The notes beneath the pieces are model-generated. The model saw nothing but the letters and a program-made list of their open reading frames with translations. It ran no database searches and was not told where the DNA came from. This document shows positions 20,347-30,202 of a DNA stretch of 38,753 nt, one piece after another; the stretch's first letter is position 1; every line of letters begins with the position of its first letter. Origin of the DNA: Betaproteobacteria bacterium (GTDB lineage: Bacteria > Pseudomonadota > Gammaproteobacteria > Burkholderiales > SG8-39); the NCBI GenBank assembly GCA_025358705.1, contig JANYII010000309.1:1-38753 (forward strand). The letters run 5' to 3'. Position numbers and translations under genes: made by a program.

Positions 20347-23300
20347 ATGTGGTTTACCCGCGTAAGCATTTCCAATCCGGTGTTCGCGACCATGATGATG
20401 GCCGCGCTGCTGGTGCTCGGCGCGTTCTCGTATTCGCGCCTGCCGGTGGAGCAGTTCCCGGACGTGACCTTCCCGGTGATCGTGGTGCAGACCGAGTACC
20501 CGGGCGCCTCGCCCGAAAACGTCGAAGAGGAAGTGACGCGGAAGGTCGAAGAGTCGGTCAACACCATCAGCGGCATCAAGACGCTCTCGTCGCGCTCCTA
20601 TGAGGGCCTTTCGGTCGTCATCATCGAATTCGACCTGTCGATCGACCCCAAGCTCGCGGCACAGGACGTGCGCGAGAAGATCGCCCTGATCCGCTCGGGA
20701 TTCCGCGACGAAATCAAGGAACCGCGCGTCAGCCGCTTCAACCCGGACGATTTCCCGATCGTTTCCGTCGCGGTGCAATCCACGGGCCGAAGCCTGCGCG
20801 AACTGACCACGCTCGCCGACCAGGTGATCAAGAAGCGGCTCGAGAACGTCGGCGGCGTCGGGCAGGCAACGCTGGTGGGCGGCGTCAAGCGGGAAATAAA
20901 GGTCTATCTCAACCTGGAGGCGATGGAAGCGCAGAAAGTCGGCGCCGACCAGGTGGTAAAGGCGCTGCAGAGCGAAAACCAGGAAGTCCCGGCCGGCTCG
21001 ATCCTGAGCGCCAGCCAGGAAAAAATCGTGCAATTGCGCGCGCGGCTCACCGGCCCGCAGGATTTCCGCAATCTGATCGTGGCGCGCCGCGGCGGCAAGG
21101 CGGTCACGCTGGGGGCGATCGCCGAGATCGAGGACGGGCAGCAGGAGGAAGAGAACGTGGCGCTGGTCGACGGCCAGCGAGCACTTGCGATCGACATCAT
21201 CAAGGCGCAAGGGGAAAACACCATCGCCGTGGTCGACGGCGTGCGCCGCGTCACCAGGGAGCTGCAGGGTTTCCTGCCCGCCGACGTAAAAATCGCCATC
21301 GTGCGCGATGCATCCACCAGCATCCGAAATTCCATCGCCGACGTGAAGAAGACGATGCTGGAGGGCGGCCTGCTCACCATCGCCATCGTGTTCCTGTTCC
21401 TCGCCTCCTGGCGCAGTACCGTGATCACGGGCCTGACGCTGCCGATCGCGCTCATCGGAACGTTCCTCTTCATCTACGCCTTCGGCTTCACGCTCAATGT
21501 GCTGACCCTGATGGCGCTGTCGCTTTCCGTGGGCCTGCTGATCGACGACGCCATCGTGGTGCGCGAGAACATCGTACGCCACGTGGCGCTCGGCGCCGAC
21601 CATCACACGGCGGCGCTCGAGGGCACGAGGGAAATCGGCCTCGCGGTGCTCGCCACCACGCTGTCCATCGTGGCCGTGTTCCTGCCGGTCGGCTTCATGG
21701 GCGGCATCATCGGGCGGTTCTTCCACCAATTCGGCCTGACCGTGGTCGCTGCGGTGCTCATTTCGATGTTCGTGTCGTTCACGCTCGATCCGATGCTGTC
21801 CTCGATCTGGCACGATCCCCAGGCCGAGGGTCATTTCGGTTCCGGCCCGATCGGCCGGACCATGGCCTGGTTCCACGGATTCATGGAGCGGATCTCCGGG
21901 CGCTACGAGCGATTGCTCGGCTGGGCCCTCGCGCATCGAAAGACAGTCGTCGCCCTCGCCATCACGACGTTCCTCTCCAGCTGCGGGATGCTCAAGTTCG
22001 TCGGCACCGAATTCGTCCCCGAGCCCGACCTGTCCGAGCTGCAGGTGCAGTTCAAGACGCCGGTGGGCGCCTCGCTCGCGCTGACCCAGGCCAAGGCCCA
22101 GCAGGCCGAGGCTGCGCTGCGCGAGTTCCCGGAAGTGAAGGTCACCTACGCGACCGTCAACACCGGCTTCGTGCAGGGCAAGAACAAGGTCAACATCTTC
22201 GTCCAGCTGCTGCCCAGGAAAGAGCGCAAGCGCTCGCAGAATCAGCTCACCAAGCCGATGCGCGAGCGCCTGTCGCGCATCGCCGGCATCGAGCTGCAGC
22301 AGATCGGCGCTTTCAAGACGGTCTCCAGCGGCAAGCCGATCCAGGTCTCGATCCTCGGCCAGGAGCGCAAGGTGCTGGTCGAGCTCGCCGACAAGGTGCT
22401 CGCGGCAGTACGCGAAGTGCCCGGCGCGGTGGACTCAGAATCGAGCGACGAGGCGGCCAAGCCGCAGTTCTCGATTGAACTCAAGCGTGAACTGGCGAGC
22501 GACCTCGGCATCGGCGTCGGCCAGGTCGCCGCGACGCTGCGGCCCCTGCTCGCCGGGCAGGCGGTCGGCAACTGGCGCGGTCCGGACGACCAGTACTACG
22601 ACGTGCAGGTGCGCCTGTCGCGCGCCGACCGCGCGCGCGCCGAGGACCTGCAGCGCGTGCCGCTCGCCTCCACCCAGATCGACGCCAACGGTTCGCCGCG
22701 CATGGTCAACCTGCGCGAGATCGCCGCCATCTCGCCCGGCAGCGGGCCGCAGCAGATCAACCGCAAGGAGCAGCTGCGCGAGGTGCTGATCACGGCGAAC
22801 GTCTACAACCGGCCGGCCGGCGACACCGCCAACGAACTGCGCGCCAAACTCGACCGCATCGTGCTGCCGCCCGGCTACCGCTTTACCATGGGCGGCTCCT
22901 CGAAGGACATCCAGGAATCGTTCGCCTATGCCGTCCAGGCGCTGGCGCTGGCGGTGATCTTCATTTACCTGATCCTCGCCTCGCAGTTCGGCAGCTTCAT
23001 CCAGCCGGTGGCGATCATGATGTCGCTGCCGCTATCGCTGATCGGCGTGGTAGTGGCGTTGCTCCTGTTTCGTTCGACGCTCAACATTTTTTCCATCATC
23101 GGCTTCATCATGCTGATGGGACTGGTGACCAAGAACGCGATCCTGCTGGTGGACTTCGTGAACCAGGAGCGCAAGGCAGGGAAACCGCGTCTCGACGCGG
23201 TACTCGCCGCCGGCCGCATCCGGTTGCGGCCGATCCTGATGACCACGCTGGCAATGATCTTCGGCATGATCCCGCTCGCGCTGGGCCTGGGAGAAGGCGG

Positions 23301-23460
23301 CGAACAGCGTTCCCCCATGGGGCAGGCGGTGATCGGCGGCGTCATCACCTCCGGCCTGCTGACCCTGGTGGTGGTGCCCGTGATCTACACCTATCTGGAC
23401 GATCTTGCCGCCTGGGCGAAACGCTTTGGTAAGATTGCACCTTCCCCCGGCACAAGCTAG
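20347..23460 (+). CDS. RND efflux permease (AcrB/AcrD/AcrF family)
   Basis: 1037 aa; LPVEQFPDV, proton-relay motifs [13 protein letters not shown] and [19 protein letters not shown]. Confidence 0.95.
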   Translation: MWFTRVSISNPVFATMMMAALLVLGAFSYSRLPVEQFPDVTFPVIVVQTEYPGASPENVEEEVTRKVEESVNTISGIKTLSSRSYEGLSVVIIEFDLSIDPKLAAQDVREKIALIRSGFRDEIKEPRVSRFNPDDFPIVSVAVQSTGRSLRELTTLADQVIKKRLENVGGVGQATLVGGVKREIKVYLNLEAMEAQKVGADQVVKALQSENQEVPAGSILSASQEKIVQLRARLTGPQDFRNLIVARRGGKAVTLGAIAEIEDGQQEEENVALVDGQRALAIDIIKAQGENTIAVVDGVRRVTRELQGFLPADVKIAIVRDASTSIRNSIADVKKTMLEGGLLTIAIVFLFLASWRSTVITGLTLPIALIGTFLFIYAFGFTLNVLTLMALSLSVGLLIDDAIVVRENIVRHVALGADHHTAALEGTREIGLAVLATTLSIVAVFLPVGFMGGIIGRFFHQFGLTVVAAVLISMFVSFTLDPMLSSIWHDPQAEGHFGSGPIGRTMAWFHGFMERISGRYERLLGWALAHRKTVVALAITTFLSSCGMLKFVGTEFVPEPDLSELQVQFKTPVGASLALTQAKAQQAEAALREFPEVKVTYATVNTGFVQGKNKVNIFVQLLPRKERKRSQNQLTKPMRERLSRIAGIELQQIGAFKTVSSGKPIQVSILGQERKVLVELADKVLAAVREVPGAVDSESSDEAAKPQFSIELKRELASDLGIGVGQVAATLRPLLAGQAVGNWRGPDDQYYDVQVRLSRADRARAEDLQRVPLASTQIDANGSPRMVNLREIAAISPGSGPQQINRKEQLREVLITANVYNRPAGDTANELRAKLDRIVLPPGYRFTMGGSSKDIQESFAYAVQALALAVIFIYLILASQFGSFIQPVAIMMSLPLSLIGVVVALLLFRSTLNIFSIIGFIMLMGLVTKNAILLVDFVNQERKAGKPRLDAVLAAGRIRLRPILMTTLAMIFGMIPLALGLGEGGEQRSPMGQAVIGGVITSGLLTLVVVPVIYTYLDDLAAWAKRFGKIAPSPGTS

Positions 23461-23475
23461 TAAAACTCGCGTTCC

Positions 23476-24141
23476 ATGAACCTCGAGCAGGCCCGCACCA
23501 ATATGGTTGAGCAGCAGATCCGCACCTGGGAGGTGCTGGACCAGGACGTCCTGGACCTGCTCTACACCGTGCCGCGCGAGGATTTCGTGCCTCCGTCCTG
23601 CCGCAACCTCGCGTTCACCGACATGGAAATTCCGTTGGGTGAAGGCGAAAGGATGTGGGCCCCGAAGCTGGAGGCCCGGGTGCTGCAGGAACTTGCGCCC
23701 AAGCGCAGCGACCGGGTCCTCGAAATCGGCACGGGAAGCGGCTACTTCACCGCCCTGCTCGCGCACCGCTCGGCGCATGTCTATTCGGTCGAGATCCGGC
23801 CGGCGCTCGCCGCCTTCGGCAAGGCGAACATCGCGCGCCACGGCGTCGACAACGTGACCCTCGAAGTCGGCGACGGCGCCAACGGCGTGCCAGCGGGACT
23901 GTCCGGCGGCGGCCCTTTCGACATCATCGTGCTCACGGGTTCGGTGCCGCAATTGCCGCAGGCACTGCTGGCTTCGCTTGCCGCCGGCGGGCGCGCCTTC
24001 GCAGTGGTCGGCGACATGCCGATCATGGCCGCGGGCATATCTTCCAGCACCGCTGACGGCGCGCTTCGCACTGTCGAATTGTTCGAGACGCTGCTCGCGC
24101 CTCTCGCGAATTGCAAACAGCCCTCGCGCTTTACCTTCTGA
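23476..24141 (+). CDS. Protein-L-isoaspartate O-methyltransferase family protein (tolC-linked type)
   Basis: AR.NMVEQQIR, VPREDFVP, SAM-binding motif VLEIGTGSGY, PFDIIVLTGS. Confidence 0.88.
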   Translation: MNLEQARTNMVEQQIRTWEVLDQDVLDLLYTVPREDFVPPSCRNLAFTDMEIPLGEGERMWAPKLEARVLQELAPKRSDRVLEIGTGSGYFTALLAHRSAHVYSVEIRPALAAFGKANIARHGVDNVTLEVGDGANGVPAGLSGGGPFDIIVLTGSVPQLPQALLASLAAGGRAFAVVGDMPIMAAGISSSTADGALRTVELFETLLAPLANCKQPSRFTF

Positions 24142-24178
24142 CATGCCAGTGCACGGAACCCATTACAAGGCCCGATCG

Positions 24179-25513
24179 ATGCGCGTCATTACGCTGGCCC
24201 TCACCCTCCTCGCGCTGCCCGCCCTTCCTCTTCCTTCCTGGGCGCAGGACCTGCAGCAGGTCTACCGCGACGCGAAAGCCTACGACGCGCAGTACGCATC
24301 GGCCCGCTACGCGCTGCAGGCGGGCCTGGAGAAACTGCCGCAAGGGCGCGCGCTGCTGCTGCCGACGCTGAACGCGACGGCAAGCACCACGACCAACCAT
24401 CTGTCCGTCAATCCCTACGGTCCGAACCCGGTACCGCAGACCGCGCGGACGTTCTACAACCGCAACTACCTGCTTTCGCTGTCGCAACCTCTGTTCCGGC
24501 CGCAGAACTGGCTGCAGTTCGACCAGGCCGAGCAGCAGGTCCGGCAATCGGACGCGGTCTTCGGCCAGGCGGGCCAGGACCTGATCGTGCGCGTCGCCCA
24601 GGCCTACTTCGACGTGCTCGCCGCGCAGGACACCTACTCCCTCGTTGGCGCCCAGAAAGCGGCCATCAGCGAGCAGCTGGCGCAAGCGAAGCGCAATTTC
24701 GAGGTTGGCACGGCCACGATCACCGATACGCACGAAGCCCAGGCGCGATTCGACCTTTCGGCCGCCCAGGAAATTTCGGCGCAGAACGACCTGGACAACA
24801 AGAAAAAGACGCTGGCGCAGATCGTCGGCAAGGAATACGCCGAGTTGCGCCCGCTGCGCGCGCAGGTCTCGCTGTCGCCGCCCAGCCCCAACAACATGCG
24901 CGAGTGGGTCGCGCTCGCGGAGAAGCAGGCTTATCCGGTGGTCATCCAGGATGCCATCATGCAGATCGCCAACCTGCAAACGCGGGTCGCCAAGTACGGG
25001 CATTTCCCGACGGTCGACCTGGTGGCGAGCTACGGCCAGACCGAGCAGACCGGATCGACCATCAGTTCCAGCAGCTCCCAGCTCAACTCGGGGGTCATCG
25101 GGCTCCAGCTGGCGGTGCCGCTCTTTCAGGGCGGCGCGATCAGCTCGCGGGAGCGCGAGGCCGCTGCGAACCATGAAAAAGCCAAGCAGGATCTGGAAAA
25201 CGCGCGGCGCACCAGCATACTGCAGGCGCAGCAATCCTACCTGTCGGTGATCAATGGCGTGGCGCAGGTGCGAGCCCTTGAGCAGGCCCTGGTCTCATCG
25301 CAGAGCGCGCTCGACTCGAACAAGCTCGGCTACGAAGTCGGCGTGCGCATCAATATCGACGTCTTGAACGCGCAGCAGCAGCTGTTCTCGACGCGGCGCG
25401 ATCTCGCGGTGGCGCGCTACAACACCATCACCAGCCACCTGCGGCTGAAGGCCGCCGTCGGCAGCCTGCGCGACGAGGACCTCGAAGAGGTCAATCGGGC
25501 GCTGGCCCAGTAG
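24179..25513 (+). CDS. tolC: TolC family outer membrane channel
   Basis: Signal peptide then QDLQQVY, LSQPLF, VAQAYFDVL, FEVGTATITD.HEAQAR, GYEVGVRINIDVLNAQ. Start at ATG 24179. Confidence 0.92.
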   Translation: MRVITLALTLLALPALPLPSWAQDLQQVYRDAKAYDAQYASARYALQAGLEKLPQGRALLLPTLNATASTTTNHLSVNPYGPNPVPQTARTFYNRNYLLSLSQPLFRPQNWLQFDQAEQQVRQSDAVFGQAGQDLIVRVAQAYFDVLAAQDTYSLVGAQKAAISEQLAQAKRNFEVGTATITDTHEAQARFDLSAAQEISAQNDLDNKKKTLAQIVGKEYAELRPLRAQVSLSPPSPNNMREWVALAEKQAYPVVIQDAIMQIANLQTRVAKYGHFPTVDLVASYGQTEQTGSTISSSSSQLNSGVIGLQLAVPLFQGGAISSREREAAANHEKAKQDLENARRTSILQAQQSYLSVINGVAQVRALEQALVSSQSALDSNKLGYEVGVRINIDVLNAQQQLFSTRRDLAVARYNTITSHLRLKAAVGSLRDEDLEEVNRALAQ

Positions 25514-26759
25514 CTGCGCCGGTAGTTGCGGTTCGCAGTAGTTCCTCGCACAGCAGCAGGTGCTTTTGCGTCGCGCCGCGATTCGCGTCGCTGAGTTTTC
25601 TACCTGCCGAACCGATCCTTTCCCGCTCACCTTCATTCGACAATAGCCGCAGGGCTTCGCGGATCGCGCCGGCCGCGTCGCCAACCTGGATGGCCGCCCC
25701 GGCCTCGAGTGCAAGGCGTGTCGCCTCCGCAAAATTGAACATGCTGGGACCCAGCACGACCGGCACGCCCGCCGCGCATGCCTCGATCAGGTTCTGGCCG
25801 CCGAGCGGCGCGAACGATCCGCCGATCACGGCCACGTCCGCGGCCGCGTAATAGAAATCCATTTCTCCCATCGTGTCGCCCAGATGAACGCGATGGTTCG
25901 CGGCCGGCAGCGGGTTGAGGCTGCGGCGCGACTGCGATAGGGCGGAAACGTCATCGAATCGCCGCGGATGCCGGGGAACGACGAGCACCAGCAGCTTTTC
26001 ATCCCAGGCAGGCAGTGCATCCAGCAGCAACTTTTCCTCGCCTTCTCGCGTGCTGGCCAGCAGCAGCACCGGGCGTCCGAGCCGCTCGCGCCATGCCCTG
26101 CCGGCAGCGCGCTTCGTTTCGTCGGGCGTGCTGTCGAATTTCACGTTGCCCGTGACTTCGATGCGCCGCGCGCCGAGCGCGCGCAGCCGCGCCGCGTCCT
26201 CGTTGCTCTGCGCGCAGACGATGGCGAGCGCGGCAATCGCCGGTTGCGTGAGGCCTGGCCAGCGTTGGTAGGAGAGCGACGATTCCCCGGACATGCGCGC
26301 GTTGGCCAGCAGCACGGGAACGCCTCGCTCGCCGCAGGCAGCAACCAGGTTGGGCCAGATTTCGGTCTCCACCAGCACCGCGAGGCATGGCCGGAAGTGC
26401 TCCAGGAACCGGCGCACGGCTCCCGGATAGTCGTACGGCAGCCAGGCAACCTGAACCGACTCGCCATGCAGCGCCCTGAGCGTTTCGCGCCCGGCGGCCG
26501 TCATGCAGGTAAGCAGCAAATCAAACCCGGGATGAGCCATCCCGAGTGCGCGCACCAGTTCCGCGCAGGCACGCGCCTCGCCCACCGATACCGCGTGCAG
26601 CCAGATCAACGGCCGCCCAGAGGGTGTGTCCCGGTAATAGCCGAAGCGCTCGCCGACGCGCCTGCGGTAGAACGGCTCGCGCCGCCCGCGCCACCACAAC
26701 CTGGCCAGGATGAGGGGCATGGCCGCCACGATCAGGCACGAGTAAGCCAGGCGCCACAT
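25491..26759 (-). CDS. waaA: Kdo transferase
   Basis: IWLHAVSVGE, ETEIWPN, LANARMS, TGNVKFD, ASTREGEE, VPRHP.RF, GDTMGEM, GGQNLIEA. ATG 26759 overlaps the waaC stop (TGATG). Confidence 0.95.
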   Translation of the reverse strand: MWRLAYSCLIVAAMPLILARLWWRGRREPFYRRRVGERFGYYRDTPSGRPLIWLHAVSVGEARACAELVRALGMAHPGFDLLLTCMTAAGRETLRALHGESVQVAWLPYDYPGAVRRFLEHFRPCLAVLVETEIWPNLVAACGERGVPVLLANARMSGESSLSYQRWPGLTQPAIAALAIVCAQSNEDAARLRALGARRIEVTGNVKFDSTPDETKRAAGRAWRERLGRPVLLLASTREGEEKLLLDALPAWDEKLLVLVVPRHPRRFDDVSALSQSRRSLNPLPAANHRVHLGDTMGEMDFYYAAADVAVIGGSFAPLGGQNLIEACAAGVPVVLGPSMFNFAEATRLALEAGAAIQVGDAAGAIREALRLLSNEGERERIGSAGRKLSDANRGATQKHLLLCEELLRTATTGAATGPAPD

Positions 26760-27721
26760 CAGGGCGAGGGTTCCATATTTTTCAGAATCTCTGCGACGGT
26801 GGGCGGCATGCCTCGGTTGCCGAGATTGCGCAGCCGCCCTGCGCCATGCAAGCCGGTGAGCGCGGGGTCGGAGCCGCAGTACAGGCCAATCACAGGAACA
26901 TTGACTGCCGCCGCGAGGTGGGCGAGTCCCGTATCCACGCCCACCACGCAATGCGCCCGGCGCGCGAGGCTCGCCAGTTCCGTCAACGTCATGCGCCTCG
27001 GCACGACCGCGCCGGGTATGGCTGTCGCGATGCGCGCGCAACGGCGCCGCTCCTCCTCCGTACCCCAGGGCAGCAGGCAGTGCAGGCCGCGGTCCTCCAG
27101 CGCATTGCCCAGCGCGCGCCAATGCTCTTCCGGCCAGAGCTTGTCATCGCGGCTGGTCATGGTCAAAAGCAAGGCATAGCGGGAAGATGCGGGCTTGCTC
27201 GCCTGCATTCGCACTTCGTCCGGTACACGCAAGCCATAGTCGCAGGGTCCTTCGACGCGGTAACCAAGCGCGGACGCGGCAAGCTGGCGATTTCGATCCA
27301 CCGCGTGCATATTCCCCTGCACCGCATGCGTGGCATCGTAAAAATACGCGGCAAGCGGTTCGCGCACGCTGGCACGGTCGAACCCATGCTTGCGGCCCCG
27401 CGCAAGCGCCGCAATCAATGCGCTCTTGACCAGTCCCTGGCTGTCGATCACGGCGTCATATTGTTCGCCGCGCAAGGCCGAGCGAAACGCGCGGAACTCC
27501 GACCAGGTGTCGACGGCAAGCGGCGCGCCGCGCCAGCGCCGAATCGCCACCGGGATCACATGCCGCACCGACGCGTGCAGCGCGGCGACTTCCGCGAACG
27601 GCGCCTCAACGACCCAGTCGATGATGGCGCCCGGCACGCAGCGCGCGACATCCGTGACCGCCGGGCAGTTGTGCACGACGTCGCCGAGCGAGGAGGTTTT
27701 GACGAAGAGGATGCGCGGCAC
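26759..27721 (-). CDS. waaC: Lipopolysaccharide heptosyltransferase I
   Basis: ILFVKTSSLGDVVH, IDWVVE, DSQGLVKSA, HAVDRNR, VGVDTGLAHLAAA. Confidence 0.92.
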   Translation of the reverse strand: MPRILFVKTSSLGDVVHNCPAVTDVARCVPGAIIDWVVEAPFAEVAALHASVRHVIPVAIRRWRGAPLAVDTWSEFRAFRSALRGEQYDAVIDSQGLVKSALIAALARGRKHGFDRASVREPLAAYFYDATHAVQGNMHAVDRNRQLAASALGYRVEGPCDYGLRVPDEVRMQASKPASSRYALLLTMTSRDDKLWPEEHWRALGNALEDRGLHCLLPWGTEEERRRCARIATAIPGAVVPRRMTLTELASLARRAHCVVGVDTGLAHLAAAVNVPVIGLYCGSDPALTGLHGAGRLRNLGNRGMPPTVAEILKNMEPSP

Positions 27722-27748
27722 GTGAATATTCGCCCTCTGGGCGTGGGC

Positions 27749-27755
27749 TAGAATA
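27749..27755. promoter_or_regulatory. Overlapping divergent -10 hexamers (TAGAAT on +, TATTCT on -) between waaC and the GT2 gene
   Basis: Located in the 71-bp intergenic region between divergent starts. Confidence 0.4.
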
Positions 27756-27792
27756 CCGCGTTGTTTCGTTTCATTTTAATACGGATTTCCCC

Positions 27793-28554
27793 TTGCCCCT
27801 GTCGGTCGTCCTGATCACGCAGAACGCGGCCGCGCTGCTGCCCGAATGCCTTGCCAGTGTCGCCTTCGCCGACGAAGTCGTCGTGGTGGATTCGGGCAGC
27901 AGCGACGGCACCGCGGAGGTCGCGACCCGCTACGGCGCGCGCGTGGTGACGAAGGAATGGCTCGGGTTCGGCCGGCAAAAACAATTCGCCGTCGAGCAGG
28001 CGGCGCATGACTGGGTGCTGTGCCTCGATGCCGACGAGAGGGTTTCGCCCGAACTCGCGGCGAGCCTGGTGCGCGCACTGCAGGCGCCCGCGACGCCGGT
28101 CTACCGCATGGCGCGCTGCAATCGTTTTCTCGGCCGCTGGCTGCGGCACGGCGAAGGCTACCCGGACTGGAGCCTGCGCCTTTTCGACCGGCGCCACGCG
28201 CGCTGGAGCGACGACGAAGTCCATGAGAAGGTGCTGTACGCGGTCGCGCCGGGCACCCCGCTTGGAACCCTGGCGGGCGACTTGCTGCATGAATCGGGCG
28301 AAGACCTCGGCCGCTATCTCGAGAAACAGAACCGCTACACCGCACTTGCGGCGCAGGAACTGCACCGGCGCGGGGAACGCGCGGGACTCCCCGAGATCAC
28401 CCTGTCGCCGCTGCTGCGTTTCTTCAAGTTCTACTTCCTGCGGCTGGGTTTCCTCGACGGCATGCCGGGCCTGGTGCACATCTCGATCGGCTGCATGAAC
28501 AGCTTCATGAAGTATGCGAAGCTGATCGAACTGCAACGGATGCAGGATCAATGA
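27793..28554 (+). CDS. Glycosyltransferase family 2, LPS core type (WaaE/KdtX/LgtF-like)
   Basis: LSVVLITQN, VVDSGSSDGT, WLGFG.QKQFA, LDADE, YPD..LRLF, VHE, LGFLDG; TTG start. Confidence 0.9.
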   Translation: MPLSVVLITQNAAALLPECLASVAFADEVVVVDSGSSDGTAEVATRYGARVVTKEWLGFGRQKQFAVEQAAHDWVLCLDADERVSPELAASLVRALQAPATPVYRMARCNRFLGRWLRHGEGYPDWSLRLFDRRHARWSDDEVHEKVLYAVAPGTPLGTLAGDLLHESGEDLGRYLEKQNRYTALAAQELHRRGERAGLPEITLSPLLRFFKFYFLRLGFLDGMPGLVHISIGCMNSFMKYAKLIELQRMQDQ

Positions 28555-29144
28555 ACAGGCCAGGCGCAAGCGAAATTACGGCGCTCCACGACAGCCGGCA
28601 CGCCGTTGCCGGCTGGGCGAAGGGCGGCGCCGTGGAGCACCGCAGCGGGGTGTGGCAGGCGATCGAAGACAATCACCGCTGCAACTGCCTGCTGTGGGAC
28701 GAGGAAGACCTGGCGCGCCGGCGCCAGGTGGCGGATTCGGAAATCGCCGCGAACAAGCGCGCCATCGACGGCCACAACCAGAAGCGCAATGACGCGATAG
28801 AGCGCATTGACGAGCAATTGCTGGGCCTGTTTCCGAATAAAAGAGAAAACGCAAAGTTGAGCAGCGAAACGGCCGGCGCAATGATCGACCGCCTGTCGAT
28901 CCTGTCGCTCAAGATCCACCACATGCGCCTGCAGACGCTGCGCAGCGACGTCGAGCGCGCGCACGTCGAAAATTGCCTGTTGAAATTGAACCGCCTGGTC
29001 GAGCAACGGACGGACCTGGCGGCGTGCCTCGACCGGTTGCTCGCCGAGGCGGCGCGCGGCGAGAGCTATTTCAAGGTCTACCGGCAGTTCAAGATGTACA
29101 ACGACCCCGCGCTCAATCCCGCGATCTACGGGGAAAAACGCTAG
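28551..29144 (+). CDS. DUF4254-like helical protein
   Basis: N..LWDEED.AR, KRAID.HNQ.RND.IE.ID, SET.G.MIDRLSILSLKI.HM, FKVYRQFKMYNDP.LNP; ATGA overlap with the GT2 gene. Confidence 0.8.
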   Translation: MNRPGASEITALHDSRHAVAGWAKGGAVEHRSGVWQAIEDNHRCNCLLWDEEDLARRRQVADSEIAANKRAIDGHNQKRNDAIERIDEQLLGLFPNKRENAKLSSETAGAMIDRLSILSLKIHHMRLQTLRSDVERAHVENCLLKLNRLVEQRTDLAACLDRLLAEAARGESYFKVYRQFKMYNDPALNPAIYGEKR

Positions 29145-30169
29145 GCCAGCAGCGCCGCGAGGCGTTCGTGGACCAGCGCGTCCGGAAGTTCGGAGACGCT
29201 CTTGTCCGCCTCGAGATACTCCGCCTTCGGGCCGCGCGGCGCCCACTGCGCGGGCGCCGGCGATACGTCCGTCTCGGCAAAGAAACCCAGCACGCCGCCC
29301 GGGCTCGCGGCGGCGAAGTGCATCAGGCCGCTGTCCGGGAAAATTGAGGTCCGCGCGCTCCATATCAGGCCCAGCGCCTCGGGGATGGGGCCGCGAAACG
29401 GCTGGATCTGCGGCGCAAGCCCGCGGGACGCGGCATCGAGTACCGGCCGCGCCACGTCGTCATCACCCGGATACTGCGGATCGCCCGATCTGCCCGGCGT
29501 CCACATGAATACCGTGTCCAGCCCCCAGCGCTGCTTCAAGTGCGCGCTCCAGGCAAGCACCTGCGCGGTACTCGGCTGCTTCTTCGGCCGGCGCGCGCCC
29601 AGGCCAAGGACGACATACCCGCCCGGCGCCAGACCGCGTCCAGCGAGCCAGTTCAGCGCGAATGCCGATGAAGCATCGGGCAAGGTGTAGCTTGGAACTG
29701 GTTTTTTGTCCGGATTTTTCAAACCCATGGGAAGAAGCAAACCCATCAGCCTTTCAATCTCGTGGCTCGAGACATCCGGCGGCAACGGATCGGTCAATCG
29801 GGGATATTTCGAGGCATCAGCGCAGCGCGCAACGCTGCGCGTGCCGCCCAACGACAAGCCGCGCCGGATCGCGCGCGGCGATTCGTCGCCGTTGGCGATG
29901 ACCACCCAGTCGTAGCGCTCGCGCCGGAGCGCAATGCTCTGCCACAACCACTGCAGTGCCGCGCCAAGACTTGCGCGCCCGGCGTTGCGTACCCGGCGGT
30001 ACACCCAGATACGGTCAATGTGCGGATTGCCCGCTACCACCCACGCGTTGTAGTCGTTCGCGAGCAGGTGCGTTTCGACCCCTGGCAGGCTTGCCTTCAA
30101 TTGCGCGAGCAGAGGCGTGGTCAGCAGCAGATCGCCGAGTTTGTCGCGCTTGATTACGAGGACCTTCAC
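29141..30169 (-). CDS. Glycosyltransferase family 9 (heptosyltransferase-like)
   Basis: Start corrected to GTG 30169: MKVLVIKRDKLGDLLLTTPLL..LK..LP, NPHID, HEIER, PDSGLMHFAAA. Confidence 0.88.
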   Translation of the reverse strand: MKVLVIKRDKLGDLLLTTPLLAQLKASLPGVETHLLANDYNAWVVAGNPHIDRIWVYRRVRNAGRASLGAALQWLWQSIALRRERYDWVVIANGDESPRAIRRGLSLGGTRSVARCADASKYPRLTDPLPPDVSSHEIERLMGLLLPMGLKNPDKKPVPSYTLPDASSAFALNWLAGRGLAPGGYVVLGLGARRPKKQPSTAQVLAWSAHLKQRWGLDTVFMWTPGRSGDPQYPGDDDVARPVLDAASRGLAPQIQPFRGPIPEALGLIWSARTSIFPDSGLMHFAAASPGGVLGFFAETDVSPAPAQWAPRGPKAEYLEADKSVSELPDALVHERLAALLA

Positions 30170-30172
30170 GTC

Positions 30173-30192
30173 GCGGCGATTATAATCGCCGC
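30173..30192. promoter_or_regulatory. Perfect 20-bp palindrome with TATAAT on both strands (bidirectional promoter core)
   Basis: GCGGCGATTA|TAATCGCCGC in the 33-bp gap between two divergent glycosyltransferase genes. Confidence 0.7.
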
Positions 30193-30202
30193 CGCTCCGC
30201 TG

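Noticed and set aside
19972-21936. 654-aa minus-strand ORF
   Set aside because: Antisense shadow of the RND adaptor and permease genes.
25491-25513. Convergent 3' overlap of tolC and waaA (also manC/GT4 at 32768-32783)
   Set aside because: Short tail-to-tail overlaps are common in compact GC-rich genomes; nothing points to a regulatory role.
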